DNA of 32,000 nucleotides from Delftia acidovorans NBRC 14950 (GCF_001598795.1 NZ_BCZP01000017.1:106217-138216), one strand, 5' to 3'. Positions 8,605 through 17,426 are shown, counted from the first letter of the stretch. Program-made: numbers and translations. Notes: generated by a model from the letters alone, not told the origin.

Positions 8605-9555
8605 TCAGGTCGCCAGGTCCTTGAGCGACCAGGACACGCCGGTCTCGAAGCCCGCGCGCATCTCGTCGGCCACGCGCTCCAGCTCGTCCAGAAACAGCCG
8701 CATGGCGGCTGCCTTGGTGTAGCCGATGCGCTGGTACAGGCAGCCGGGCAACTGCGCACCGGCGTCGTGCAGGGGCCGCCAGAGCAGGCGGCCGGCCGCC
8801 ACATCCTCGGCCACGTTGTCGGGCACCAGGAATCCCAGGGCCGTGCTGCCGGCCACCAGGCGCCGCACCATGGGCACGGAGCTGGTCTCCACCAGCGGCC
8901 GCTGCTGGTGCAAGGCCGCGCTGTCCATCTGCTCCAGCATGCTGCGCAACTCCATGCCCGGCGCCATCAGGATCAGCGGATAGTCCACGCAATCGCGCAG
9001 GCGCAGCAGGCGCGGCTCGGTGGCCAGCGGATGGCCGGGGGCCATCACCGCGCCCAACGGCTGGGGCCAGGCGCGCACCTCCTGCACGCCGGGCGGCGGC
9101 GGGCGGCGCAGGCAATAGGCCACATCGATCTCTCCCTGCGCCACGCCGCGCAGCAGTTCCTCACCCGTGCCCGAACGCACGCTGAAGGTAATGCCCGGAT
9201 AGCGCCCGTGCAGGCTGGCGATCACCAGGGGCAGCAGGTACTCGGCCGTGGCATGGGACACGCCCACGCGCACATGGCCCCGGCGCAGGGCGCGCAGGTC
9301 CTCCACCTGGGCCAGTGCGTTGTCGAAGTCACGCTGGCTGCGCCGCACGGCCGCCAGCATCAGCTCCCCGGCCGTTGTCAGCTGCATGCCGCGCGGCAGG
9401 CGATCGAACAGCGGCACGCCGACCTGGGCCTCCAGATTGAGGATTTGCTGGTTCACGGCGGCCGCCGTCAGGTGCAGCGTGACGGCGGCCTTGCGCACCG
9501 AGCCACGGCGCGCCACCTCGTCAAAACAGCGAAAAGCCTGGGAGATTGCGGGCAT
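8605..9555 (-). CDS. LysR-family transcriptional regulator
   Basis: ORF 8605..9555 (-), 316 aa. The N-terminal wHTH FRCFDEVARRGSVRKAAVTLHLTAAAVNQQILNLEAQVGVPLFDRLPRGMQLTTAGE is the canonical LTTR signature. It is divergent from the 9667 operon. Confidence 0.9.
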   Translation of the reverse strand: MPAISQAFRCFDEVARRGSVRKAAVTLHLTAAAVNQQILNLEAQVGVPLFDRLPRGMQLTTAGELMLAAVRRSQRDFDNALAQVEDLRALRRGHVRVGVSHATAEYLLPLVIASLHGRYPGITFSVRSGTGEELLRGVAQGEIDVAYCLRRPPPPGVQEVRAWPQPLGAVMAPGHPLATEPRLLRLRDCVDYPLILMAPGMELRSMLEQMDSAALHQQRPLVETSSVPMVRRLVAGSTALGFLVPDNVAEDVAAGRLLWRPLHDAGAQLPGCLYQRIGYTKAAAMRLFLDELERVADEMRAGFETGVSWSLKDLAT

Positions 9556-9666
9556 GGCGCGGAGTGTAAATTTTTATCTGACACCTCATCCAAAACAAAC
9601 AGCTATTCCTGACGCTTGCGACTGCCTAGAGTGGCACTCATTCCCGGCCTCCTTTGAAAGCAGCCC

Positions 9667-10797
9667 ATGGCAAGCACCGTAGACCAAGTCACCCAGCGCC
9701 GCCGCGGCGTCGGACTCATCGCCCACGACCCCGCCCTCTCGGCCGGCGGCTACACCCTGATCGCGCCGCAGACGGCCAACGGCCATATCTACCTGGTGGA
9801 CATCGAAGGCCGCGTGGCCCATGAATGGAAGCTGCCCGTGCGCGCGGGCCGGCACGCCGTGATCCTGCCCAACGGCAACCTGGGCTACAACGGCAACCAC
9901 CCCCGCTCGCCCGATCGCTATGCGCCATGGTCCATGTGGCATGGCGGCGATTTCTACGAGGTCACGCCGCAGGGCGAGATCGTCTGGCGCCACGAGGACC
10001 CGGACCACCACCATGACGCGCAGTGGCTGCCCAACGGCCATCTGCTCTATGCCGCCTGCGCGCCCGTGCCTGCGGGCTTTGCCGAACGCGTACCCGGCGG
10101 CACCGCGCACGGGCCCGGCGAGGTGATGTACGGCGACGTGATCCGCGAAGTGGACCGCAGCGGCCGCCTGGTCTGGGAATGGAAGGCCTGGGAGCACCTG
10201 GCGCCCGAGGACTTCCCCATCCACCCGGGCTTTGGCCGCTACCACTGGCCGCTGGTCAACGGGCTGGGCGTGAGGGCCGACGGCAGCGTGCTCATGAGCC
10301 TGCGCACCACCTCCGGCATCATTGCCGTGGACAAGGCCAGCGGCGCGGTGAAGCTGCACATTCCGCCTTCCGTGGTCTCGCACCAGCATGCGCCCGTGGC
10401 GCTGGCCAACGGCCACATCCTGGCCTTCGACAACGGCAACTTCCGCGAAGGCGCCCACGTGGCCTTCTCGCGCGTGGTGGAGATCGATCCTGCCGACCAC
10501 CGCGTGGTCTGGAGCTACCAGGACGAGATGGTCAACGCCTTCTACACCGCCTTCATGGGCAATGCCCAGCGCCTGTGGAACGGCAACACCCACATCACCG
10601 AATCGGCCACGGGCCGGCTCTTCGAGGTCACGCCTGCGGGGGAGGTGGTCTGGGAATACATCCTGCCCTGGTTCGCCGAGTACCCCGATGCCGCAGCGCG
10701 CCGCACCGGCCCCGGACGGCTCAACAGCGTGTTCCAGACCTGGCGCTACCACGCGGACCAGCTCCCCTGGCTGGGCGCCGCCGGGAGGCTGTCATGA
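9667..10797 (+). CDS. Arylsulfotransferase (ASST)-like beta-propeller protein, no obvious signal peptide
   Basis: ORF 9667..10797, 376 aa. Repetitive propeller-like blocks are present (GHIYLVDIEGRVAHEW, GEIVWRHEDPDHHHDAQWLPNGHLLY, GRLVWEWKAWEHL, HRVVWSY, GEVVWEY). The HHD..LPNG pattern recalls ASST-family proteins. Family assignment is from memory only. Confidence 0.6.
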   Translation: MASTVDQVTQRRRGVGLIAHDPALSAGGYTLIAPQTANGHIYLVDIEGRVAHEWKLPVRAGRHAVILPNGNLGYNGNHPRSPDRYAPWSMWHGGDFYEVTPQGEIVWRHEDPDHHHDAQWLPNGHLLYAACAPVPAGFAERVPGGTAHGPGEVMYGDVIREVDRSGRLVWEWKAWEHLAPEDFPIHPGFGRYHWPLVNGLGVRADGSVLMSLRTTSGIIAVDKASGAVKLHIPPSVVSHQHAPVALANGHILAFDNGNFREGAHVAFSRVVEIDPADHRVVWSYQDEMVNAFYTAFMGNAQRLWNGNTHITESATGRLFEVTPAGEVVWEYILPWFAEYPDAAARRTGPGRLNSVFQTWRYHADQLPWLGAAGRLS

Positions 10798-11792
10798 GCC
10801 TCAACCGCAGGCAACTGGCGGCCTGGATGCTGGGCGCGCCCTGGCTGTCACCGGCAGCCCGTGCGTCCACGGCTGGGGCCGACGCCTGGCCCAGCCAGCC
10901 GCTGACCGTGGTCGTGCCCTTTTCGCCGGGCGGCAGCGTGGACGTGGCCGCGCGCCTGGTCATGCCGCGCCTGGCGGAGCGGCTGCGCCAGCCCGTGGTC
11001 ATAGAAAACACCGTGGGCGCCTCGGGCACCATCGCCACCCAGCGGGTGATCAAGGCCAGGCCGGACGGTCATACCGCGCTGTTCGGCGTGGCCAGCTGCG
11101 TGCTCATTGCGCCGCTGGTGTCGCCAGAGCGCTTCCGGTATGACGGCCTCAGGGAACTGCTGCCCGTGGCGCCCGTGGCCTCTTCGGCCTTCGTGCTGGC
11201 AGGCCGCCCCGACCTGCCAGCCACCACGGCGGCCGAGCTCGTGCAGCTGTCGCGCCAGCAGTCGGGCCGGCTGACCGTGGGCACCGATGGCGTGGGCACC
11301 AGCCTGCACCTGACCGCAGAAATGCTCCAGCAACAGGCCGGCCTGTCATGGACGCATGTGCCCTACAAATCCGGCCCGCAGGCGCTGACCGAGCTGGCGG
11401 GCGGGCAGATCGACCTGGCCGTGCTGCCCGTGGCCCTGGTCCAGTCCTTCGTGCGCGAAGGCAAGCTGCGCGGCCTGGGCGTGACCTCGCGCCTGCGCGC
11501 CGCCACCTTGCCGCAGACTCCCAGCCTGCAGGAAACACCGGTCTGGCAGTCCTTTGATGTCGAGGCCTGGCAGGGCCTGCTGCTGCCGGCCCGCACCGAC
11601 GCCCGCATTGCCGAGCGCCTGGCCCGCGAGACCGCCGCCGTGCTGGCCGAGCCGGATCTGGTGCGCAAGCTCGCCGACGCCGGCTTCAAACCCATGGCCA
11701 TGGAGCAAGCCCAGTTCATTGCCCACCTGGAGAGGGAGAGAAAGCTGCTGGAGGCCACGGTGCACGCCGCCCGAATCCACGGAGCGGGCTGA
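10794..11792 (+). CDS. Bug-family (TctC-like) tripartite tricarboxylate transporter substrate-binding protein
   Basis: In-frame ATG 10794 within ORF 10023..11792, overlapping the upstream stop (ATGA 10794-10797); 332 aa. Signal peptide MSLNRRQLAAWMLGAPWLSPAARA. Also WPSQPLTVVVPFSPGGSVDVAARL and THVPYKSGPQALTELAGGQIDL, both typical of Bug proteins. Confidence 0.9.
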   Translation: MSLNRRQLAAWMLGAPWLSPAARASTAGADAWPSQPLTVVVPFSPGGSVDVAARLVMPRLAERLRQPVVIENTVGASGTIATQRVIKARPDGHTALFGVASCVLIAPLVSPERFRYDGLRELLPVAPVASSAFVLAGRPDLPATTAAELVQLSRQQSGRLTVGTDGVGTSLHLTAEMLQQQAGLSWTHVPYKSGPQALTELAGGQIDLAVLPVALVQSFVREGKLRGLGVTSRLRAATLPQTPSLQETPVWQSFDVEAWQGLLLPARTDARIAERLARETAAVLAEPDLVRKLADAGFKPMAMEQAQFIAHLERERKLLEATVHAARIHGAG

Positions 11793-11846
11793 TGCGGCTG
11801 GGGTAGCCTCGGAGCGGCAGGTGCAGCAGGTGCGGCCGGCCAGGCC

Positions 11847-12617
11847 CTACTGCATGGCTCCGGGCGCGGCAAACGAGAAGCTGGCCATCTGCACCAGGGC
11901 CCGGCCCCGGGTCAACAGGTAGGAATGCGCAGGGGACTGCGCGCGTGGCTGCAGCCTGAAGAAGGATTTGCCGCCACAGCACTGGCCCACCATCTCGAAC
12001 TCCGCGCCCTCCAGCCGGCAGCCCACCTGCAGGCCGGGCGCAGGCTCATGGGTGATGGCGGACAGCTGCGACAGGCGCAGCAGCGCATCGGGCTCGGGCA
12101 GCACGGTGCTTTGGGCACTGCCATCGGCATGCTCCACATGCACGGACCGGCCCGCCAGCGCATTGCGCGGATAGACGATCTCCAGCCCCGCGCATCCACC
12201 GCGCAGGCCGCGCTGCAGGCCTCCCTCCATGCCATCCAGGGCGCGCGCCCAGGCCGTGAAGCCCAGCCCGCGCGCCGACCCCGCGATGCGCACGCGCCAT
12301 GCCAGGCGCAGGGCACCACAGTCCACTGCGGTTTCGTAGAGGACCTCGAAGCGGTCGTTTTTCTCGCGCAGGCTCAGTTCGCCGCTGCCATGCACGCAGC
12401 GGTCTCCTTGTTCATCACGCACCGCAAAGGCCACGGAGCGCAGGATCTCCAGGCTGCCGTAGCGGACGCTGCGCAGGCAGCCATCGGCCAGTTCGGCACT
12501 GAGCGGCCCGGCCTGCAGCTGGCGGGGCCTGGACGACAAACGCCCTTCCCAGCCCGCAATGTCTACGGCCATGTTCCCGGCGATGTTGCCGGCGGTTTCA
12601 GCGATCCATTGATTCAT
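11847..12617 (-). CDS. Hypothetical protein
   Basis: ORF 11847..12713 (-); start taken at ATG 12617 (MNQWIAETAG...), 256 aa. GC3-rich coding signal; no signal peptide or TM segment seen; no family recognised. Confidence 0.55.
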   Translation of the reverse strand: MNQWIAETAGNIAGNMAVDIAGWEGRLSSRPRQLQAGPLSAELADGCLRSVRYGSLEILRSVAFAVRDEQGDRCVHGSGELSLREKNDRFEVLYETAVDCGALRLAWRVRIAGSARGLGFTAWARALDGMEGGLQRGLRGGCAGLEIVYPRNALAGRSVHVEHADGSAQSTVLPEPDALLRLSQLSAITHEPAPGLQVGCRLEGAEFEMVGQCCGGKSFFRLQPRAQSPAHSYLLTRGRALVQMASFSFAAPGAMQ

Positions 12618-12737
12618 ATGCACATCCCAGCCCGTCCTGGACAGGGTGCCGATGCTATGGACGATCCGTGCGAATGAATAACGATGTTTTCTGGCACTCG
12701 TCGTGAGCTGCACTCACAAGCCACACGCCACAAGCAG

Positions 12738-13940
12738 TCAGGCAGGCGTTGCGCTGGGGGCCGGCCGGGCCTGCTGCGGCTCCAGCACGGTGCAGTTGCG
12801 GCCCTGGGCCTTGCCACGGTAAAGCGCCGCATCGGCACGTGCAATGGTCGCCTCCACCGACTCGCCCGCGCGGTACTGCGCGGCGCCCAGCGTGCAGGTG
12901 ACGCGGGCGCCCTCACCCAGGGTCTGCGTCCACGGGGCTTCGGCAATGCGCAGGCGCAGGCGCTCCAGCAATTCGCTGGCCTGGGCCAGGTCGGTGTCGG
13001 GCAGCACCAGCAGGAACTCCTCACCGCCATAGCGGCCCACGCCATCGGCACTGCGCAGCTGCGACTTCAGCAGCGTTCCGAAGGCGCGCAGCACGCGGTC
13101 GCCGCCCTCATGGCCAAAGCTGTCGTTGATGCGCTTGAAGTGGTCTATGTCCAGCAGCGCCACGCACAGCACCGTGCCACGGTCGTGGGCGGCGGTGCGC
13201 ACCTCGTGCAGCCGCTCGATCACGCCCCGGCGGTTGCTGACGCCGGTCAGGTCGTCATGGCGCAGCAGGGCCTCGATCTGCGCCAGCGCCGTGGCCAGCT
13301 TGTCATTGGCGATGCCCAGCCGGTACTGCATGCTGCGAAAGAAGGTGGCCTGCACGCTGCAGCGCACCACGGCACCGAGCACCACGCCGAAGGCCAGCAA
13401 CTGGCCTGCAGCCGTGTCCGTGGTCATGCGCATCAGCGGCCCCCGCCAGAGAATGATGGCCGCCACGGCGATGAGCGTGCCTATCCAGGTCAGCCAGAAG
13501 CTGGTGCGGCTGCGCGCCAGGAAACCGTCGGCACTGAAGGCGATCAGCATCACCATGGACTGGAACGCCAGCGCAGGGGCGGCCATGACCATGCCCAGCA
13601 CGCCGATGATGGACACCAGCTGGTGCGTGAGGAACATGCCCGGATCGCGCAGCCTGTGGCACCAGTCGCTGGCATAGGCCCAGGTGATGAAGCCCATGCC
13701 CGCCGCCACCCACAGGCCATAGCCCAGCACCACGGCCCAGGGCGCATAGCCGGCCCAGGCATGGCCCAAAAATAGCAGCAGCGCATAGATATGGCTGACC
13801 AGAACGGAGATGTGCAGTTGCCAGGTGCGGCGCTTCCAGCGCTCCAGGTGCAGCGCCTCGTCCACCAACGGCGACGCCGGCTTCGGCCCCCACAGGAGAC
13901 GGTCCGGGAAATTCCGAGAAATGGAGGAAAGCACGGGCAT
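12738..13940 (-). CDS. Membrane-bound diguanylate cyclase (multi-TM N-terminal domain + GGDEF domain, GGEEF active site)
   Basis: ORF 12738..14114 (-); start taken at ATG 13940 (MPVLSSISRNF...; ATG 13982 is the alternative). About six hydrophobic helices precede DDLTGVSNRRG ... DIDHFKRINDSFGHEGGDRVL ... RSADGVGRYGGEEFLLVLPDT. The I-site RSAD sits 5 aa before GGEEF. Confidence 0.85.
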   Translation of the reverse strand: MPVLSSISRNFPDRLLWGPKPASPLVDEALHLERWKRRTWQLHISVLVSHIYALLLFLGHAWAGYAPWAVVLGYGLWVAAGMGFITWAYASDWCHRLRDPGMFLTHQLVSIIGVLGMVMAAPALAFQSMVMLIAFSADGFLARSRTSFWLTWIGTLIAVAAIILWRGPLMRMTTDTAAGQLLAFGVVLGAVVRCSVQATFFRSMQYRLGIANDKLATALAQIEALLRHDDLTGVSNRRGVIERLHEVRTAAHDRGTVLCVALLDIDHFKRINDSFGHEGGDRVLRAFGTLLKSQLRSADGVGRYGGEEFLLVLPDTDLAQASELLERLRLRIAEAPWTQTLGEGARVTCTLGAAQYRAGESVEATIARADAALYRGKAQGRNCTVLEPQQARPAPSATPA

Positions 13941-14025
13941 GCGAAGAAGCGCGGCGGGCCGGCGGCCCTCATGGGCGCCCATTGTGACCGCATCCGGGAA
14001 ATCCCGGGGATTGCATCCTTCTCGC

Positions 14026-15240
14026 CTAGGAGGTACGTGGCGGCCGCACGTCCTCGGCCACCACGATCTGGTTGCGCCCGCAGGCGCGGCCATGTGCGAG
14101 GGCCGCTTCGGCACGCTGCACCAGCCGCTCCGAGGTTTCGCCTGCCTGGAACTCCGCCACGGCCAGGGTCAGGGTCAGCGGGTCCTTGTCGGGGTCGGGG
14201 ATGGGCTTTTCGCTCCAGTGCTGCTGGCGCACGCCCTCGCGCACGCGCTGCAGCGCCCAGACGGCCTGGACGGAGGCGGTATCCGGCATCACCAGCATGA
14301 AGGTGTCATCGCGGTAGCGGCCTATGCCGTCCACCGTGCGCAGGTGGGTGACCAGCAGGCCGCTGAGCATGAGCAGCACCCGCTCCTGCAGCGATGGTCC
14401 CTTGTGCGGCGGGTGCACGCCCGCACGCTCCACCCAGGGGTCCAGCTCCAGCAGCACCACGCAAAACGGTTCGGGCTTGCGCGCATGGCGCTCGCGCAGG
14501 CCATCGACGGCATCCATCAATCGCGAGTAATTGGCCACGCCGGTCAGCGTGTCGCGCCCCGTGGGCAATTGCAGCGAGCCCACGCGGGTCTGCAGCTGCT
14601 GCACATCGTCGGCCAGCTGGCCGCAGTAGCTGGACAGCTGCGCCAGTTCCTCGGTGTACTGGCGCTGCATGCGGCTCAGTGCCTGCCACAGGGCCAGCGC
14701 ATGCACGGCCAGCGGCAGCAGCACGCTGGCCAGCCACAGAATGCGCACGGCGACCGAGCCCGGTGCCATCTGCGGCATGGGCCTGGCCACCACCACGGCG
14801 CAGAGCATGGCCAGCATGGCGCACAGCAGCACGATCTGGCCTGCGGGCAGGTGCAGCGCCTGCTCGCGCTCGCCATCCCAGGGCAGCCAGGCGATGGCGG
14901 CCAGCCACAGCAGGGCAGAGGCCCAGGCCAGCGAGGGCTGCCAGGCCGCCAGCAGCAAGGCCATCGTGGCCTGTATCCAGCCGTGGCCGCGCAGCGTCCG
15001 GGTCAGCGGCAGGCCGGCAGCATGGCAGCGCCAGACCCAGGCCATGCCGGCCAGGGCCGACAGCGCGGCGTAGGCCGCCCAGGCTTTCCATGAAGAAGGG
15101 CCGGCCAGCACATGGCCGGCCAGCAGGGCAGCCCCCACGGCCCAGGCCGCCAGGGGAAGAAGATGGGCGGACGCGCCGGCCGGTGGGTGGGCGGGCTGCG
15201 CTGGCGTGTGTTGTGGGGGATACGGCAGCTGGCGTGACAT
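14026..15240 (-). CDS. Membrane protein with degenerate GGDEF domain (RDDTF replaces GGDEF; RxxD I-site retained)
   Basis: ORF 14026..15300 (-); start taken at ATG 15240 (MSRQLPYPPQH...), 404 aa. A multi-TM N-terminus and a coiled-coil linker (YTEELAQLSSYCGQLADDVQQLQ) precede DTLTGVANYSRL ... RTVDGIGRYRDDTFMLVMPDT. Confidence 0.75.
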   Translation of the reverse strand: MSRQLPYPPQHTPAQPAHPPAGASAHLLPLAAWAVGAALLAGHVLAGPSSWKAWAAYAALSALAGMAWVWRCHAAGLPLTRTLRGHGWIQATMALLLAAWQPSLAWASALLWLAAIAWLPWDGEREQALHLPAGQIVLLCAMLAMLCAVVVARPMPQMAPGSVAVRILWLASVLLPLAVHALALWQALSRMQRQYTEELAQLSSYCGQLADDVQQLQTRVGSLQLPTGRDTLTGVANYSRLMDAVDGLRERHARKPEPFCVVLLELDPWVERAGVHPPHKGPSLQERVLLMLSGLLVTHLRTVDGIGRYRDDTFMLVMPDTASVQAVWALQRVREGVRQQHWSEKPIPDPDKDPLTLTLAVAEFQAGETSERLVQRAEAALAHGRACGRNQIVVAEDVRPPRTS

Positions 15241-15397
15241 GGCATCCTCGCTGAAGACATCTGCGCCCCGGCCGAGCGCGCAAGCCATGGTGTACCACAA
15301 CCCCGCGCAGCTTCAAGGGTCTTGCCGGCTCCGGCCGACACCGCCAAAGCCGTCGCCAGGGCCGCTTCAGGCGGGGGTCAGGCGGACTCAGCCAGAC

Positions 15398-16531
15398 TCA
15401 ACCCGGTGCCGGCCCGGCCTCCTGCACGGGAGGCACGGGAGCCACGGCAGGCGCAGCAGACGTGGAAGCCAGCACGGCTCCCGGCTTCCTGCGGTTGCCA
15501 TCGGCCTGGGTGCCGCAGCTGTGGCAATAGTGCACAAAGGCGCTCTTGCGGGTATTGCAGCTGCCGCAACGGTCGAACAGGCCTATGCCGCAGTGGGGGC
15601 AGAAATCGATGGCGCCGTCCTTCAGGTCCACGGGGCGCTCGCAGCCCGGGCATACGCCCTTGGCCAGGCGGGCCAAGGCCACGTCGTAGCCCAGTTCCTG
15701 GCGCCGCTGCGTCTCGGGCAGTGACTCCTGCTGCTTTTGCCGCTCCAGGTAGCGGTTCAGGCCCAGAATGGCCGCACGCCCCAGCAGCACCGTCACCACG
15801 ATGCCGACCACATAGCGTACGTAACCGCCGTAGTCGGGCAGGTAGGGCACGAGTTCGACGAAAAAGGCGAACAGCGCAAAGAAGATGAAGCCCCAGACAA
15901 AGGGCCACCAGGTGCTCTTGCGTTGTTTGGCGAACAGCCAGCCGGCCACCAGCAGCAGGGGCAGGGTCAACGCCAGGCGGTAGAGGAAGACGCGCAGCTC
16001 GATGGCGCGCATCTCCTTGCGCCAGGACTCCATGGCACCGTCGCGCAGACCGTCCCATTGGCGGTTGGCCGCGTCCAGGCGCTGGCGTGCCTGCAGGCTG
16101 GCGTCCTGCAGCCGCTCCACGGAGGCGCGTGCGGTGTTCTCTTCCTGCTTGATGGCATCCAGCGCCTGGGTGCGCGACAGCAGCTCGCTGTCCTGCTCGG
16201 GCCGGGCCGTGGCGCGGCGCGTGGCCACCCAGTTGTCGAAGGTCTCGCGCGCCGAGCGGTAGCGCGCCTGCGTGGCCTGGTACTTGAGGCGCGCGTTCTG
16301 CAGCGCCGTCTCCGCCTTGTCGTGATCGGCATCGGCGGCCTTGATCTCGGCCTTGACGGGCTCGGCAGCAGCGGGCGCGATGAAGTCCTCCACCGTGCGC
16401 GGCGACTCGACCTGGGGCAGATCCCCCACCACCAGGCCGCCCAGGCCGATGAGGAACGAGGCGAACACCACCGCCACCAGCCACAGGCCTCGGCGGAACC
16501 ATTTTTCGGGCAGACGCAGTGCCTTGCTCAT
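15398..16531 (-). CDS. Membrane protein: N-terminal TM, ~150-aa coiled-coil region, three TM helices, C-terminal double zinc ribbon (4 x CxxC)
   Basis: ORF 15398..16531 (-), 377 aa, AGGAG about 8 nt upstream. TM1 is GLWLVAVVFASFLIGLGGLVV. A heptad-rich segment follows (KAETALQNARLKYQATQARYRSARETFDNW ... ASVERLQDASLQARQRLDAANRQW), then hydrophobic helices at about residues 190-275. The tail is CPGC-13-CPHC-7-CGSC-10-CHSC. Confidence 0.75.
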   Translation of the reverse strand: MSKALRLPEKWFRRGLWLVAVVFASFLIGLGGLVVGDLPQVESPRTVEDFIAPAAAEPVKAEIKAADADHDKAETALQNARLKYQATQARYRSARETFDNWVATRRATARPEQDSELLSRTQALDAIKQEENTARASVERLQDASLQARQRLDAANRQWDGLRDGAMESWRKEMRAIELRVFLYRLALTLPLLLVAGWLFAKQRKSTWWPFVWGFIFFALFAFFVELVPYLPDYGGYVRYVVGIVVTVLLGRAAILGLNRYLERQKQQESLPETQRRQELGYDVALARLAKGVCPGCERPVDLKDGAIDFCPHCGIGLFDRCGSCNTRKSAFVHYCHSCGTQADGNRRKPGAVLASTSAAPAVAPVPPVQEAGPAPG

Positions 16532-16598
16532 GGGGAAACTCCTGTTTCAGTGTCCTGCGGCCAAGGAAGACCGCAGGCGGAGGAAGAGCCGGTCCGGC

Positions 16599-17426
16599 TC
16601 AGGGCAGCACGCGCACCGGACCCGCCAACTGGCTGCGCTGCAGCCACTGCGTCACCGATTCCACGGTCACGGTTTCTATGCGGCTGGCATAGCGCTTGTC
16701 GTTGGGATGGTCGTCGAAGGCGATGTTGGCAGCCGTCACGCGCCCGCCCAGCCGCGACAGCGCACGGATGACCAGCACGCCGGGCTCGTAGCCCTTGAAC
16801 TGCAGCCAGGCCTGGGCCTGCTCGCGCCGCTGCACCGTGGCCGGCTCCATGGCGGCGGCCAGGGTTTCGGTGGCCCACTGGTTGGACTGCTGGTAGCGCT
16901 GGCCCCAGGCATAGCTGACCATGCTGTAGGGCTCGTGCTGCAGGCGCAGCACGGTCTGGGGCTGGTTCAGAAAGGTCCACAGCGCCTGCTGCACGGCGGG
17001 CGTGGGCACCTGAACGCCGGCCTCGTAGCGCCACAGGTCGTCCAGGAAGAACTCGCCCAGGCCCTGGCGGTAGACATGGCCGCCGGCCGTGCCGCATTCG
17101 TTGAGCTTGTGCGCCACGCGCCAGGGGCCTTCGGGGGTCCTGTAGGCCCAGCCATAGTGCGAGTAGTGCAGGTCGTACTTGCTCAGGTCCTGGCCCACGC
17201 GCGCCAGCAGCACGACGCGGGTGCCGTTCTTCGCATATTCGGCATCCAGCGCCTGGGATGTGCGCTGGGCCAGGTCCAGCCCCTTTTGCAGGGATTGGGG
17301 GGTGAGGGGCTTGTCCTCGCAGCTGCGCCCTGCATGGGCCGTGCCCAGCGCGGCGGCCAGCAGCAGCACAAGGCAGGCGGCACGGGCCACAGGGGAAGGG
17401 GAAAGAGGCGGTTTCATGGCAGACAT
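16599..17426 (-). CDS. Secreted DUF2145-like protein
   Basis: Frame of ORF 16599..17834 (-). Start is ATG 17426 (MSAMKPPLSP..., overlapping the upstream stop as TGATG) or ATG 17417. Signal peptide ACLVLLLAAALGTAHA. RSCEDKPLTP, DLSKYDLHYSHYGWAYR, LNECGTAGG, YQQSNQWATETLAAA and AFDDHP..R....IETVTVESV match my memory of Pfam DUF2145. Confidence 0.7.
   Translation of the reverse strand: MSAMKPPLSPSPVARAACLVLLLAAALGTAHAGRSCEDKPLTPQSLQKGLDLAQRTSQALDAEYAKNGTRVVLLARVGQDLSKYDLHYSHYGWAYRTPEGPWRVAHKLNECGTAGGHVYRQGLGEFFLDDLWRYEAGVQVPTPAVQQALWTFLNQPQTVLRLQHEPYSMVSYAWGQRYQQSNQWATETLAAAMEPATVQRREQAQAWLQFKGYEPGVLVIRALSRLGGRVTAANIAFDDHPNDKRYASRIETVTVESVTQWLQRSQLAGPVRVLP

Noticed and set aside
8575-8625. Repeated TCAGGT(C/G) words in the tgt/LysR convergent gap
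   Set aside because: These are short, irregularly spaced, and partly inside the LysR coding end. This is most likely chance in biased sequence.
9667-9760. Twin-arginine (Tat) signal in the ASST-like protein (QRRRGVGLIAHD)
   Set aside because: No hydrophobic h-region or AxA cleavage site follows the Arg cluster, so I treat the protein as cytoplasmic pending prediction tools.
11800-11840. Tandem GCAGGTGC-A-GCAGGTGC repeat in the convergent gap after the first Bug gene
   Set aside because: It is a single short duplication without dyad symmetry or a flanking structure. Nothing suggests function.
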